Shown: piece by piece, positions 44,334 to 53,427 of the stretch
Layout: each line of letters opens with the position of its first letter
Numbering within the stretch: the stretch's first letter is position 1
Assembly: GCA_964628465.1 (NCBI GenBank)
Contig: CAZVOA010000008.1
Span: 41,322-105,321 of the forward strand
Source of the DNA: an uncultured Pirellulales bacterium
GTDB lineage: Bacteria; Planctomycetota; Phycisphaerae; Sedimentisphaerales; Anaerobacaceae
Length of the DNA stretch: 64,000 nucleotides
Reading direction: 5' to 3'
Made by a program: the position numbers and the translations under genes
Notes under the pieces: generated by a model
Databases searched by the model: none
What the model was told of the DNA's origin: nothing
Seen by the model: the letters and a program-made list of their open reading frames with translations, nothing else

Positions 44334-45944
44334 TTAATGTTTGAAATGGCGCTTGCCGGTGAAGACCATTGCTATTCCGTGTGCGTCGGCACAGGCGATT
44401 ACTTCGTCGTCTTTCTTTGAGCCGCCTGGCTGGACGATAGCCGCTACGCCTGCTTTTGCGGCGTTTTCAACGTTGTCCGGGAATGGGAAGAATGCGTCCG
44501 ATGCCATAACACAGCCTTTGGCCATGTCACCGGCGTTCTTGTATGCGATATGGCCGGATTCTACACGGTTCATCTGGCCGGCACCTACGCCGATTACTTT
44601 TTTGCCTTTTACCAGAACAATTGTATTGCTCTTTGTATGTTTGGCGGCTAACCAGGCAACTCTCAAATCTTCAAGCTGCTCTTTTGTCGGGCGTTTCTTT
44701 GTAGGATATGTAATCTGGTGCTGCTCCCAACCCGCAAGGTCACGTTTTTGCAGGAGCAGGCCGCCTATAATGCAGCGAACATCAAATTCGTTAGTATCTA
44801 TTTTAGAGCGGTCGATAGGACCGGCTTCTATAATTCTTACCCTGCTTCCCCATGTTTTGAGAGTCCTGATGATTTCGAGAGCTTCTTTATCGAATTCAGG
44901 CGCGATAATAACTTCGGCGAAAAATCCGCTTGCGCCGAGTGCCTTACCAAACCTGCTGTATGATTCCATTATAGTCTGGGCCAAATCCACGCTGACTTTC
45001 CGGTTCAACGCGATAATTCCGCCGAACGCGCTGACTACGTCACCTTCGTATGCTTTTTGATACGCGACGCAAATGTCGTCATCGACCGCACAGCCGCATG
45101 GGTTGAGATGTTTGACAACTACTGCGGCTGGTTCGGAAAATTCCTTCACAAGCTCGAAAGCCGCGTTTGTGTCGAGAAGATTATTAAAGCTGATTTCTGT
45201 ACCGCCGCCTAAAAATACACCGCTGGTGACGGATGTTTCTCCAGATTTAGGAAGCTTATAAAACGCCGCGGTCTGGTGCGGATTTTCGCCGTAGCGAAGA
45301 GTCATTTCTTTTTTAACCGCGATTGAGAAACGTTCCGGATATTCAACGCCGGCTTGCGCGTTGAGGTATTTCGATATAGCCGAATCGTACAAAGCCGTTA
45401 AACCGAAAGCTATTCTCGCGTAGTCACTTCGAGTTTGTTCGGATACTGAGCCGCTGTTTTTCTCCATCTCAGCTATAATTGCGTCATATTGAGCCGGTTC
45501 TGTAATAACGGTAACATATTTATTGTTCTTGGCGGCGGAACGAAGCATACTTGGCCCGCCGATATCGATATTTTCAATCGCTTCGGAAAGTGAACAATCC
45601 GGTTTTGCGACAGTTTGCTCGAATGGATAAAGATTAACACAGACAAGGTCGATAGGTTCGATATTATGGTCCTTCATCGACTGGGCATGGCTGCCATTTT
45701 CACGCAATCCGAGTAATGCTCCATGAATTTTGGGGTGCAGCGTTTTTACTCTGCCGTCCATCATTTCAGGAAAACCAGTTACAGATTCGATGCTGACAAC
45801 ATTCAGTCCTGCTTTAGAGAGTTCCTTCGCTGTTCCGCCTGTACTGATAATTTTTACACCGAAAACACTTAATTTTTTGGCAAAATCAACGATTCCAGTT
45901 TTATCAGAAACGCTAATCAACGCTGTTTTAATCTTTACATCCAT
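44334..45944 (-). CDS. purH: bifunctional AICAR transformylase / IMP cyclohydrolase
   Basis: 536 aa. ALISVSDKTGIVDFAKKL, GGTAKEL, MDGRVKTLHPKIHGALL, VVVKHLNPCGCA, IVQPGGSKKDDEVI, MVFTGKRHFKH. Confidence 0.97.
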   Translation of the reverse strand: MDVKIKTALISVSDKTGIVDFAKKLSVFGVKIISTGGTAKELSKAGLNVVSIESVTGFPEMMDGRVKTLHPKIHGALLGLRENGSHAQSMKDHNIEPIDLVCVNLYPFEQTVAKPDCSLSEAIENIDIGGPSMLRSAAKNNKYVTVITEPAQYDAIIAEMEKNSGSVSEQTRSDYARIAFGLTALYDSAISKYLNAQAGVEYPERFSIAVKKEMTLRYGENPHQTAAFYKLPKSGETSVTSGVFLGGGTEISFNNLLDTNAAFELVKEFSEPAAVVVKHLNPCGCAVDDDICVAYQKAYEGDVVSAFGGIIALNRKVSVDLAQTIMESYSRFGKALGASGFFAEVIIAPEFDKEALEIIRTLKTWGSRVRIIEAGPIDRSKIDTNEFDVRCIIGGLLLQKRDLAGWEQHQITYPTKKRPTKEQLEDLRVAWLAAKHTKSNTIVLVKGKKVIGVGAGQMNRVESGHIAYKNAGDMAKGCVMASDAFFPFPDNVENAAKAGVAAIVQPGGSKKDDEVIACADAHGIAMVFTGKRHFKH

Positions 45945-46017
45945 TGTGAATCCTTTCTCCTTACCCTTACCATTATTTTACAAACCGAAACAAAAAATAA
46001 ATCACTCTCACTACTGC

Positions 46018-47133
46018 TCAATTCAACGGCTCCAAACAAACTACCCTGCCTGTTTTGTCGCCAATATATATTTTCGAATCTATAGTATTATATGCCTGCC
46101 TTGTGACACCAGCAAAATTAACTGAGAAAACCTGCTTCGCGGAAGCGTTGTGCATTACAACCAGAACGCCGTCTTCTGTAATGACATAGGCTCTTCCCCT
46201 TGACTGTGCGAGCAGTTCGACACCGCCGGGAACTTCCCAAATAATTCTGCCGCTGTCCCTGTCAATAGCTGATATCGTCGAATTCTTGCTTAATGCACAT
46301 TGATAAACCATATCGCTGGTTACACGAGGATATTTTTGAATTATACCTGGAACGAGAGTTTTCCAGATAAAAGATTTTGTATATGTGTTTGGCACATCAA
46401 CCCTGTACACATTCATATCGTCACAAGCGAAAAATAAGCTATTGCTGTCTCTTATAATCTTTCCAACTAATCCTCCGGCAGCCTCAAACTCCCAATAACT
46501 TTTTGGTTCATCGGGCATCATACTATATAAATTACCCTTTTTTGTCCCAAAAACGACATAATCATCAGCGGCTGTTATGGCTGTAATCGACGAGTCATCG
46601 TTGCCGGAAACTTTGAAGGTTTCTACCCTGTCGGCGGCTTTATAAACATGCAAACGATTATCTGTTCCACTTATGTAAAAAAATGAATTATTACGAACTA
46701 CAGGAGCAATTATGCCGAATTTGACTTCAGTTGATTTCTTTTGAATTCCGCTTTGTTTTTCAAGCTCTATATATTTATTGCCGACTACATATATGATTTG
46801 ATCATTAATATCGATAAAATCTTCAGCTTTCAGGCCGTCCTGAGCAAGGTCTCTGTTAAATATTTTTTCTCCGCTTTGCCTGTTCAAGGCCATTGTAAAA
46901 TTACGGTCGGATATAATATAAATCTGGTCTCCGAGAACAATCATGCGTTCCAGAGTCTCATTTTTCTTCAAAGGCAGCGACTTTTCCCAAACGATTTTAA
47001 GATTGGCGGATTTCAGCAGTTCCTGTGAGACAAGACGTTTAGAATCGCCCGTTCCGGCGAAACTATCGCGTGACTGGGAAAAACCCAGAAGAATAAATGC
47101 CAAGACAAAACTATATTTCAATAATCTGTTCAT
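46018..47133 (-). CDS. PQQ-like beta-propeller repeat protein (BamB-like fold)
   Basis: 371 aa with a signal peptide. There are repeated blade-like units (IYIISDRNFTMALNRQSGEKIF, FFYISGTDNRLHVY, VFGTKKGNLYSM, IYIGDKTGRVVCLEP). Confidence 0.7.
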   Translation of the reverse strand: MNRLLKYSFVLAFILLGFSQSRDSFAGTGDSKRLVSQELLKSANLKIVWEKSLPLKKNETLERMIVLGDQIYIISDRNFTMALNRQSGEKIFNRDLAQDGLKAEDFIDINDQIIYVVGNKYIELEKQSGIQKKSTEVKFGIIAPVVRNNSFFYISGTDNRLHVYKAADRVETFKVSGNDDSSITAITAADDYVVFGTKKGNLYSMMPDEPKSYWEFEAAGGLVGKIIRDSNSLFFACDDMNVYRVDVPNTYTKSFIWKTLVPGIIQKYPRVTSDMVYQCALSKNSTISAIDRDSGRIIWEVPGGVELLAQSRGRAYVITEDGVLVVMHNASAKQVFSVNFAGVTRQAYNTIDSKIYIGDKTGRVVCLEPLN

Positions 47134-47269
47134 TTAGATTTCTCCTCACATTAATAACAACTGAGTTCCGCAAAATTGAAGTCAGGTATATTGCAGAATT
47201 CATTAAAACAAAACTTCATCACCGTACCTGTCACTGTATAATTCTAAAAATATATTTACCGCGAATTTT

Positions 47270-47566
47270 TTAAGGCATTTCAATAAAATCCGCCAAATCG
47301 ATATTATTCTTTTCTTCGAATTCCTTCATCTCCTGAATTCGTTCAAGGTCATCATTAATTCTATTTACCAGCTTAAAAATATAAGGTTTACCCTCAAGAC
47401 GATTTTTTAAGTCATCGAACATCGGTTCCCATGATCCGCCGTAAAGCTGAGATTTTAGAATAACCAGCATACGATGCTCATCACTAAGGCCATCAATATA
47501 ATTAGCCATCGTCTTTTTTAAGGTTTCATCAGAAATATTCAAAATTTTTTCATTCGGCTCATTCAT
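47270..47566 (-). CDS. small acidic hypothetical protein
   Basis: 98-aa ORF with coding-like composition. Its start overlaps (ATGA) the stop of a 61-aa GTG-initiated ORF at 47563..47748. Confidence 0.45.
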   Translation of the reverse strand: MNEPNEKILNISDETLKKTMANYIDGLSDEHRMLVILKSQLYGGSWEPMFDDLKNRLEGKPYIFKLVNRINDDLERIQEMKEFEEKNNIDLADFIEMP

Positions 47567-47853
47567 TCGCCAAAAACCTCATTTAAGATTAAGCCTATAG
47601 TAACTCCAGCCGCTCCAAAATGCAACATCTTTTCATAAAATCCGGTATATTCGCGGTTTGTGATGGCAAAATTGGCGTCTTTAACTGGCAAATGGCTTTG
47701 TAATCTTGATATAAAGCTTGAAAAATGTGTTACAAATGTTTCTATCACAAATTTAAGATGAATTACGCGAGGATATAAAAATTCTGTGATAAAATTAATT
47801 TAAAACCGATTTTTTAACAAATTGATAGTTAAAATAGTGAATAAGGGCTGTTA

Positions 47854-48267
47854 TTAATAGTCTATCTGCCCGGTCGCAGGCTGCCCCAGCAGTTCAAGAA
47901 ATTCCTGCAAAGCAGCCTCCTGGTCGCTTATTATCAACTCCATTTCCTGTATAGTCGTATCCCTGTTTTCTATTTGCAGTTGGAGTTCCAGTATAATCTG
48001 TTGGGCCAAATATAATTGCTCTTCAATAGTTCTCGCGGTACTATCAACATCACCGAGTTTTGTACCAAGACTTCTGCGGTCGGCTTTTGCGTTTCTGAGA
48101 TCCAGGCAAGCCGCTTCATAACTTCTCTGATAGTCTTTGAGTTTTTCTTGAGTTTCGGCAAGCTGCTTTTTAAGTGATTCAACATCATCCTTGTCGTTGC
48201 AGCCTGCCATAGATACCAATAATGTCAGGATAAGCACGAATTTAAAATTAATTATGTTCCTGAACAT
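47854..48267 (-). CDS. coiled-coil lipoprotein
   Basis: Lipobox SMAGC after a hydrophobic leader. The rest is heptad-rich (LKKQLAETQEKLKDYQRSYEAA...). 137 aa. Confidence 0.6.
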   Translation of the reverse strand: MFRNIINFKFVLILTLLVSMAGCNDKDDVESLKKQLAETQEKLKDYQRSYEAACLDLRNAKADRRSLGTKLGDVDSTARTIEEQLYLAQQIILELQLQIENRDTTIQEMELIISDQEAALQEFLELLGQPATGQIDY

Positions 48268-48281
48268 CTTATATCCTTTCC

Positions 48282-49130
48282 TTATTTATTACGGTAGTAT
48301 TTATAACTTAAAAGTTTATAAATAAGTTTCGCGGCCAGAAAATCAGGCGCTTTATTTTTCGGGTTCGGGCATAATTCAACTACGTCGAAACCCACTACCT
48401 TTTTATCGGCAAAAACAGCTTTTAACAACATTAAAACATTATACCATAACAATCCACCTGGCTCAGGAGTTCCAGTTGACGGCATAATGGAAGGATCAAA
48501 AACATCAAGATCAATTGTTATATAAACCTTATCGGAAAGCAACGAGAGAACTTTCTTTATCCACTCGTTATTATTATAGATGTCCTCGGCAAAAAACACA
48601 TTGCTCTTGCGCAGTGCTTCCTGTTCCGAAATATCTGTACTTCTTATGCCGACCTGTACAATCGGGCATATTTCCGAGATTCTGGACATTACGCAGGCAT
48701 GGTTATATTTCGTTCCTTCATATTCGTACCGCAAATCAGAATGCGCATCAAGCTGCAGAACTGAAAAGTCCTTGTATTTTTCCAAATGCGCTCTGACAGA
48801 GCCTGTACTTACGGAATGTTCACCGCCGACGAGAACTACAAATTTATCCTTTTCGAGGAAATGGCGAACCGAATTTTCAACCGAATCAACCATTTTATCC
48901 GGCGGCATATCGACATCGACGGCTTTAGCGGTATGTATTCCCTGTAAATAGACCTGCGAATCTGTCTCTATATCGTACAGCTCCATATTCGCCGAGGCAT
49001 CAAGCAATGCATCCGGTCCCTTATCCGCACCTTTTTGCCATGTGCTTGTACCATCGTATGGAGCTGGTAATATAACAATCTTTGCGTTCTGCAAGTCCGA
49101 GTATTTTTTAGGTAAATCTCCAAAGTTCAC
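48282..49130 (-). CDS. speB: agmatinase (arginase-family ureohydrolase)
   Basis: Mn-ligand motifs GGEHSVS, LDAHSDL and TIDLDVFDPS. 282 aa. Immediately downstream of pdaD. Confidence 0.88.
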   Translation of the reverse strand: MNFGDLPKKYSDLQNAKIVILPAPYDGTSTWQKGADKGPDALLDASANMELYDIETDSQVYLQGIHTAKAVDVDMPPDKMVDSVENSVRHFLEKDKFVVLVGGEHSVSTGSVRAHLEKYKDFSVLQLDAHSDLRYEYEGTKYNHACVMSRISEICPIVQVGIRSTDISEQEALRKSNVFFAEDIYNNNEWIKKVLSLLSDKVYITIDLDVFDPSIMPSTGTPEPGGLLWYNVLMLLKAVFADKKVVGFDVVELCPNPKNKAPDFLAAKLIYKLLSYKYYRNK

Positions 49131-49145
49131 GATTAACTGTAACTC

Positions 49146-49697
49146 CTAATCAAACAAAAATACTGCCATAGCAACGGTTGTAGTCCACAAATCCTGCTGG
49201 CCTCTTCCGGTTTGTGTAATGTTGGTTGTGCGAATAATCATTCCGCTCGATTTATACACCTGTTCCTTTTCCGACCAGGCTTTATTAGGATCAACTTCCA
49301 GGCCAAGTGTCGTACCAAGCATTCCAGCGGCGAGGTCTTCAGCCATATCAGCGGCGGAGTTTTCATTCATTCCATGACCGTGTACTTCACTTAGATAACC
49401 CCATTGTTCAGGATCTCTCGGTACCGCGACTCCTATTGATGAAGATACAATCCTGCCATGCTCATTTGTATCGGATCTGGCCATTACGCAAAAGCATATT
49501 TCGCCTGGACTTAAGCTTTTCAGGCCGGCATCTTTGCTTACCATCTTACAATTAGGCGGCAAAATGGATGAAACGGTTACTAAATTTTGTTGAGCGACAC
49601 CGGCTTTTCTCAAAGCTTCCTCAAAAGATTTGAGTTGATACCTGTGTCGTCCGACTCCTTTTGTGAGGAATACTTTTGTTGGAACAAGTTTGCTCAT
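49146..49697 (-). CDS. pdaD: pyruvoyl-dependent arginine decarboxylase
   Basis: 183 aa. LVPTKVFLTKGVGRH ... NLVTVSSILPP contains the Ser-Ser self-cleavage site. GYLSEVHGHG. Confidence 0.88.
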   Translation of the reverse strand: MSKLVPTKVFLTKGVGRHRYQLKSFEEALRKAGVAQQNLVTVSSILPPNCKMVSKDAGLKSLSPGEICFCVMARSDTNEHGRIVSSSIGVAVPRDPEQWGYLSEVHGHGMNENSAADMAEDLAAGMLGTTLGLEVDPNKAWSEKEQVYKSSGMIIRTTNITQTGRGQQDLWTTTVAMAVFLFD

Positions 49698-49808
49698 CTA
49701 TAACTCCATAAAAAAAACAAAAAAAAACCATATTACCATATTTTATAAGTTGTGCTATTCTAAGGTATTATCACTTCAAACTCAAAACACAAAATTAAAA
49801 ATTTTTTA

Positions 49809-50948
49809 TTAAATTATTAAATATTTTTCAGCTTTCTCTAATCTCAAGCCTGCTTTGCCGACCTGTTCAATTCTGCTTATAGGCGAAATCTTACGTTCTT
49901 TTATAATTCTATCCACGGTAATTGGTCCCAGTCCGGGTACTTTTAATAGAGTAAATTTCGAGGCTTTGTTAATATCTACAGGAAACATTTCGGGATGCGA
50001 TTTTGCCCATATTTCTTTTGGATCGGTATTTAAGGCAAGATTCCCATCTTTCTCAAACATAATATCAGATTCTTTGAAACCGTACTTACGAAGCAGAAAA
50101 TCAACCTGGTATAACCTATGTTCACGAGTTAAGATATCAGCCGGATTTTCGAGGCCGCCGATTTCGCCTGAAATCGATTTTTCTCCAAGACCCCTCTGAT
50201 AAGCACTGAAATATACCCTGTTCATATTCATTCTGTCATACAAACCGAACATATACTTCACAATTTCTTTGTCCTGCTCCCCCGCCGCTCCTACGATAAA
50301 TTGGGTTGTCTGTTTTACTCTTTCGTATCTCGAACCTTTTTGCGTGAGATTGCTGATAAGTTTCATAGGCTCGATTATATCTTTGATATAATTTTTCTTA
50401 CTCGAAAGCTTAGCCAGATTTTTCTCGCCCGGCGTTTCAATATTAAGCGAAACCGCGCTGGCGAGCGAAACAGCTTCCTCCACAGCTGCGGCGCTGGAAC
50501 CGGGAATTACTTTAAGATGAATATAACCTTTAAATTTATGATTTTTTCTCAATATTCTCGCGATGGAATTTAACCTTTCCATTGTTACATCAGATGAGCC
50601 GAACACGCCGGAACTCAGAAAAAGGCCGAAAACTTTCTTCTGATTATAGTAATCCAGGAAAACTTTCGCCGTTTCTTCGGGATTCAGAGAGCATCTTCGG
50701 ATATCCATCTGCTCTCGAAGTGGACAATATTTGCAGTCATTTTTACAGACATTGGAAATAAGAGTTTTGAATAGAATGCTTTTACCGCCGTTGGGAAGCG
50801 TAACGGGATATACCCATTTGCCATCTTCACTTCGTTTGCGATTCTGGGAATCACTGCTGCCGCATGCGCACGCCAAATCGTACTGAGCATCAGTGCTGAG
50901 TATCTCAAGTTTCTTCTGTGTATCAGGTTGTGATATGATTGCAACCAT
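49809..50948 (-). CDS. putative DNA modification/repair radical SAM protein (TIGR03916-like)
   Basis: LEILSTDAQYDLACACGS at the N-terminus. CKNDCKYC (CxxxCxxC). FLSSGV. GYIHLKVIPG. C-terminal helix-hairpin-helix LLKVPGLGPITVDRII. Confidence 0.85.
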   Translation of the reverse strand: MVAIISQPDTQKKLEILSTDAQYDLACACGSSDSQNRKRSEDGKWVYPVTLPNGGKSILFKTLISNVCKNDCKYCPLREQMDIRRCSLNPEETAKVFLDYYNQKKVFGLFLSSGVFGSSDVTMERLNSIARILRKNHKFKGYIHLKVIPGSSAAAVEEAVSLASAVSLNIETPGEKNLAKLSSKKNYIKDIIEPMKLISNLTQKGSRYERVKQTTQFIVGAAGEQDKEIVKYMFGLYDRMNMNRVYFSAYQRGLGEKSISGEIGGLENPADILTREHRLYQVDFLLRKYGFKESDIMFEKDGNLALNTDPKEIWAKSHPEMFPVDINKASKFTLLKVPGLGPITVDRIIKERKISPISRIEQVGKAGLRLEKAEKYLII

Positions 50949-51095
50949 TTAACCATCCTTAAATAATCAATCACCCTTTCAATATATTATCGGCTTTTTT
51001 GGTAATAGTGCAATACCATATCCTATAAATGGTTGAAATATTTCGCAAAAACACATATATTTAACAAATTGAGGTAAAGATTTTTTTGCAAAATT

Positions 51096-51208
51096 AAATC
51101 ACGCAGAGACGCTGGGACGCAGAGAAAAGATTAATAAAATACAAAAATCCTCATACTGCTGCGTAAGCAAATTCCCTGCGACCCTGCGTCTCTGAGTGAG
51201 AACAAAAA
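51096..51208 (+). repeat. hairpin-capable direct repeat, left copy, flanking the GxxExxY gene
   Basis: AAATCACGCAGAGACGC...AAAAGATTAATAAAATACAAAAATCCTCATACTGCTGCGTAAGCAAATTCCCTGCGACCCTGCGTCTCTGAGTGAGAACAAAAA. Its ends TCACGCAGAGACGC and GCGTCTCTGAGTGA are inverted. Confidence 0.85.
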
Positions 51209-51218
51209 GGTAAAACAC

Positions 51219-51605
51219 ATGCACGAAAATGAAATAGGTACTATTGTCGTTGAAGAAGCTATTGCTTTACACCAGGAGCTTGGACCAGGATTGCTGGAAT
51301 TTGTTTATGAAGTCTGCTTAGCGAATGCCCTGAGTAAGCGGAACCTCATTGTAAAAAGGCAATTACCAATTCCTATTGAGTATCGAGGCATTCGTTTTGA
51401 AGAGGGTTTCCGTGCTGATATAATGGTTGAAAATAAAATATTACTCGAATTAAAGTCCGTTGAGAAGACCACAAATGTTCATCATAAACAAGTTTTTACT
51501 TATCTTCGTTTAACTAACATGAAGCTCGGATACCTGCTGAATTTTGGTGAAGCTCTGATGAAAAATGGAATACACAGAATTGTAAATGGCCTGGAAGAAT
51601 ATTAA
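51219..51605 (+). CDS. GxxExxY family protein (PD-(D/E)XK-like)
   Basis: 128 aa. GPGLLEFVYEVCL contains G-L-L-E-F-V-Y. Also RADIMVENKILLELKS and YLLNFG, typical of this family. Confidence 0.88.
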   Translation: MHENEIGTIVVEEAIALHQELGPGLLEFVYEVCLANALSKRNLIVKRQLPIPIEYRGIRFEEGFRADIMVENKILLELKSVEKTTNVHHKQVFTYLRLTNMKLGYLLNFGEALMKNGIHRIVNGLEEY

Positions 51606-51709
51606 ATCATGCAGAGACGCGGAGAAAAGATTAATAAAATACAAAAATCCTCATACTGCTGCGTAAGCAAATTCCCTGCGACCCTGCGTCTCTGCGTGAG
51701 AACAAAAAA
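51604..51709 (+). repeat. hairpin-capable direct repeat, right copy, flanking the GxxExxY gene
   Basis: Near-identical to 51096-51208 apart from an 8-nt indel and a few substitutions. It starts at the stop codon of the GxxExxY gene. Confidence 0.85.
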
Positions 51710-51720
51710 TTATCCGATCA

Positions 51721-52677
51721 TTAAGCTTGTTCGATTAGGTTACGTTTTTCCTGTTCGAGAATATTGTATTTTGCTTCCATTTCCCTGTAGTTATTTTGAA
51801 GATGTAATACTACACGATTAATCCGCTTGGAAACATCAAGAACATTCTCAAGAGACCTGTTTATTTTGGACTGAACCGCCCAATCAAAAATTAAACCATC
51901 AAAAAAATAATCCGCGAATTTTGAGAAGGAGCCTATATCAATTTTTATTTCTGTGTTAGTACCTATATCAGCTAATTCTTTTTGGAAACATCGCAATTGC
52001 TGCTGAACCTGATAAGCGGCTTCCTTTGCGTCATCAATTCTCGAATGTTTGATAGCAGTTGAAATAAATCCCCCTCCAAGCATATCATAAGTACCCCAGT
52101 TTTTTGCACTTCTAAGAGAATCTATAACTTTATCCATTCCGTGCAATGCTTTTTGGCCGGCTGCAATTGCTTCTCTGATTTCCTTTAAATCTGATTTTGT
52201 ATCCGAGATGGTTTCTGCAAGTTCAAGAACTTCCTTCGATTCCGCGCTGTCACCCTGTGATATGAAACTCTCTTTCTTCTCTATGAGATTCTCGTATTTC
52301 TTGTCAAGTTCGCCAATAGATGCTATTTGAACCTTATAATTTTCAATCTCCCGTTCAAGAGCAGATACAGAATATTTACATTCATCGTATTTAAGCACGG
52401 CAGACAAGTATTCCTGTCGTTCTTTGTCAAGCCGCATATCTTTGTCGCCAAGAACAACATGAAACAAACCAGTCAAACTCAATCCTTCGAGTTTTTTTAC
52501 ATCATCATTTTCTTTCTTAACTGTAGAATCAAAGTTTTTGAGTTTAATTTTTTCATCATATAACATCCCTGCCGTTCTTTCTATATCAGACATTAATTTT
52601 TGCCTGGTACGAAGTTTCTCTTTGATTTCAATCAACTCACTATTCAGTTGTGCAAAAGTTATCTCTCCCATAAGCAA
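51721..52677 (-). CDS. coiled-coil protein of unknown function (last gene of the NfeD-SPFH-GPP34 operon)
   Basis: 318-aa ORF. The N-terminal two thirds are heptad-rich. The conserved-looking C-terminal part reads WGTYDMLGGGFISTAIKHSRIDDA ... FSKFADYFFDGLIFDW. It starts 21 nt downstream of the GPP34 stop. Confidence 0.6.
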   Translation of the reverse strand: MLMGEITFAQLNSELIEIKEKLRTRQKLMSDIERTAGMLYDEKIKLKNFDSTVKKENDDVKKLEGLSLTGLFHVVLGDKDMRLDKERQEYLSAVLKYDECKYSVSALEREIENYKVQIASIGELDKKYENLIEKKESFISQGDSAESKEVLELAETISDTKSDLKEIREAIAAGQKALHGMDKVIDSLRSAKNWGTYDMLGGGFISTAIKHSRIDDAKEAAYQVQQQLRCFQKELADIGTNTEIKIDIGSFSKFADYFFDGLIFDWAVQSKINRSLENVLDVSKRINRVVLHLQNNYREMEAKYNILEQEKRNLIEQA

Positions 52678-52698
52678 TCCTTTTTTATTTAAACACGC

Positions 52699-53394
52699 TC
52701 AATGATGCATAGAAGCAGATGTAATTGCCGGCATCATACAGCATACCATCACAGCCGCTTGCATAGCTTCAATGGCTTGTTTTGCTGCTTTACCCGTTAT
52801 CTCTCCATTAATTATTTTTTCGATACGCTTCTTTCTTGATTTTAATTCTTTCCTGTCGAAATTTGCTCTTAAAAGACCTGCGTTATGGGCTAATGACAAA
52901 AGGACAACTGTTCGAGGTTCTATAGCCTCTGTCTCTGTGAAAATAGCAGTCCTTAATCGTTCAAGCAGTTGCTTCTCAGGTACGGAGTTAATCTCAGGAT
53001 ATATTTTTCTTGTGAATATAAGCAGAATTTTGTCTTCGTCAGCTTTCAGGATTCCCTTTTTACAAAGTTCGCTCGCTATAATATGTTTCATGTTTCTAAT
53101 AGCCGCGAATTTTGAAACCCATGTTATAGCCATAGCTCTTCTTTTTGCGGCGGCAATCTTCGCAAGACACTCATCAAGAAAAGGGTCTCCAAGCGGGCTG
53201 GAATTCTGAAGTACAACAAAATCCTTTTTCCGAATTCTCTCTATTTTAATACGGTCATTAAGTAATAACTCAGCTATAGCCGCACCTCCTATAGCGTACG
53301 GGTACATTGATCCAGATTCAATTGTTCCTTTGTCATCTCGTAATGACAACAACATAATTTCCTGATGCAGAAAAAGATTATTCGAACTTAACAT
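52699..53394 (-). CDS. GPP34 (GOLPH3-like) family protein
   Basis: LFLHQEIMLLSLRDDKGTIESGSMYPYAIGGAAIAELLLNDRI matches the N-terminal GPP34 pattern. 231 aa. Confidence 0.75.
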   Translation of the reverse strand: MLSSNNLFLHQEIMLLSLRDDKGTIESGSMYPYAIGGAAIAELLLNDRIKIERIRKKDFVVLQNSSPLGDPFLDECLAKIAAAKRRAMAITWVSKFAAIRNMKHIIASELCKKGILKADEDKILLIFTRKIYPEINSVPEKQLLERLRTAIFTETEAIEPRTVVLLSLAHNAGLLRANFDRKELKSRKKRIEKIINGEITGKAAKQAIEAMQAAVMVCCMMPAITSASMHH

Positions 53395-53427
53395 TTTATC
53401 TTCATCCTTTGAAAATGAATGTGAATT

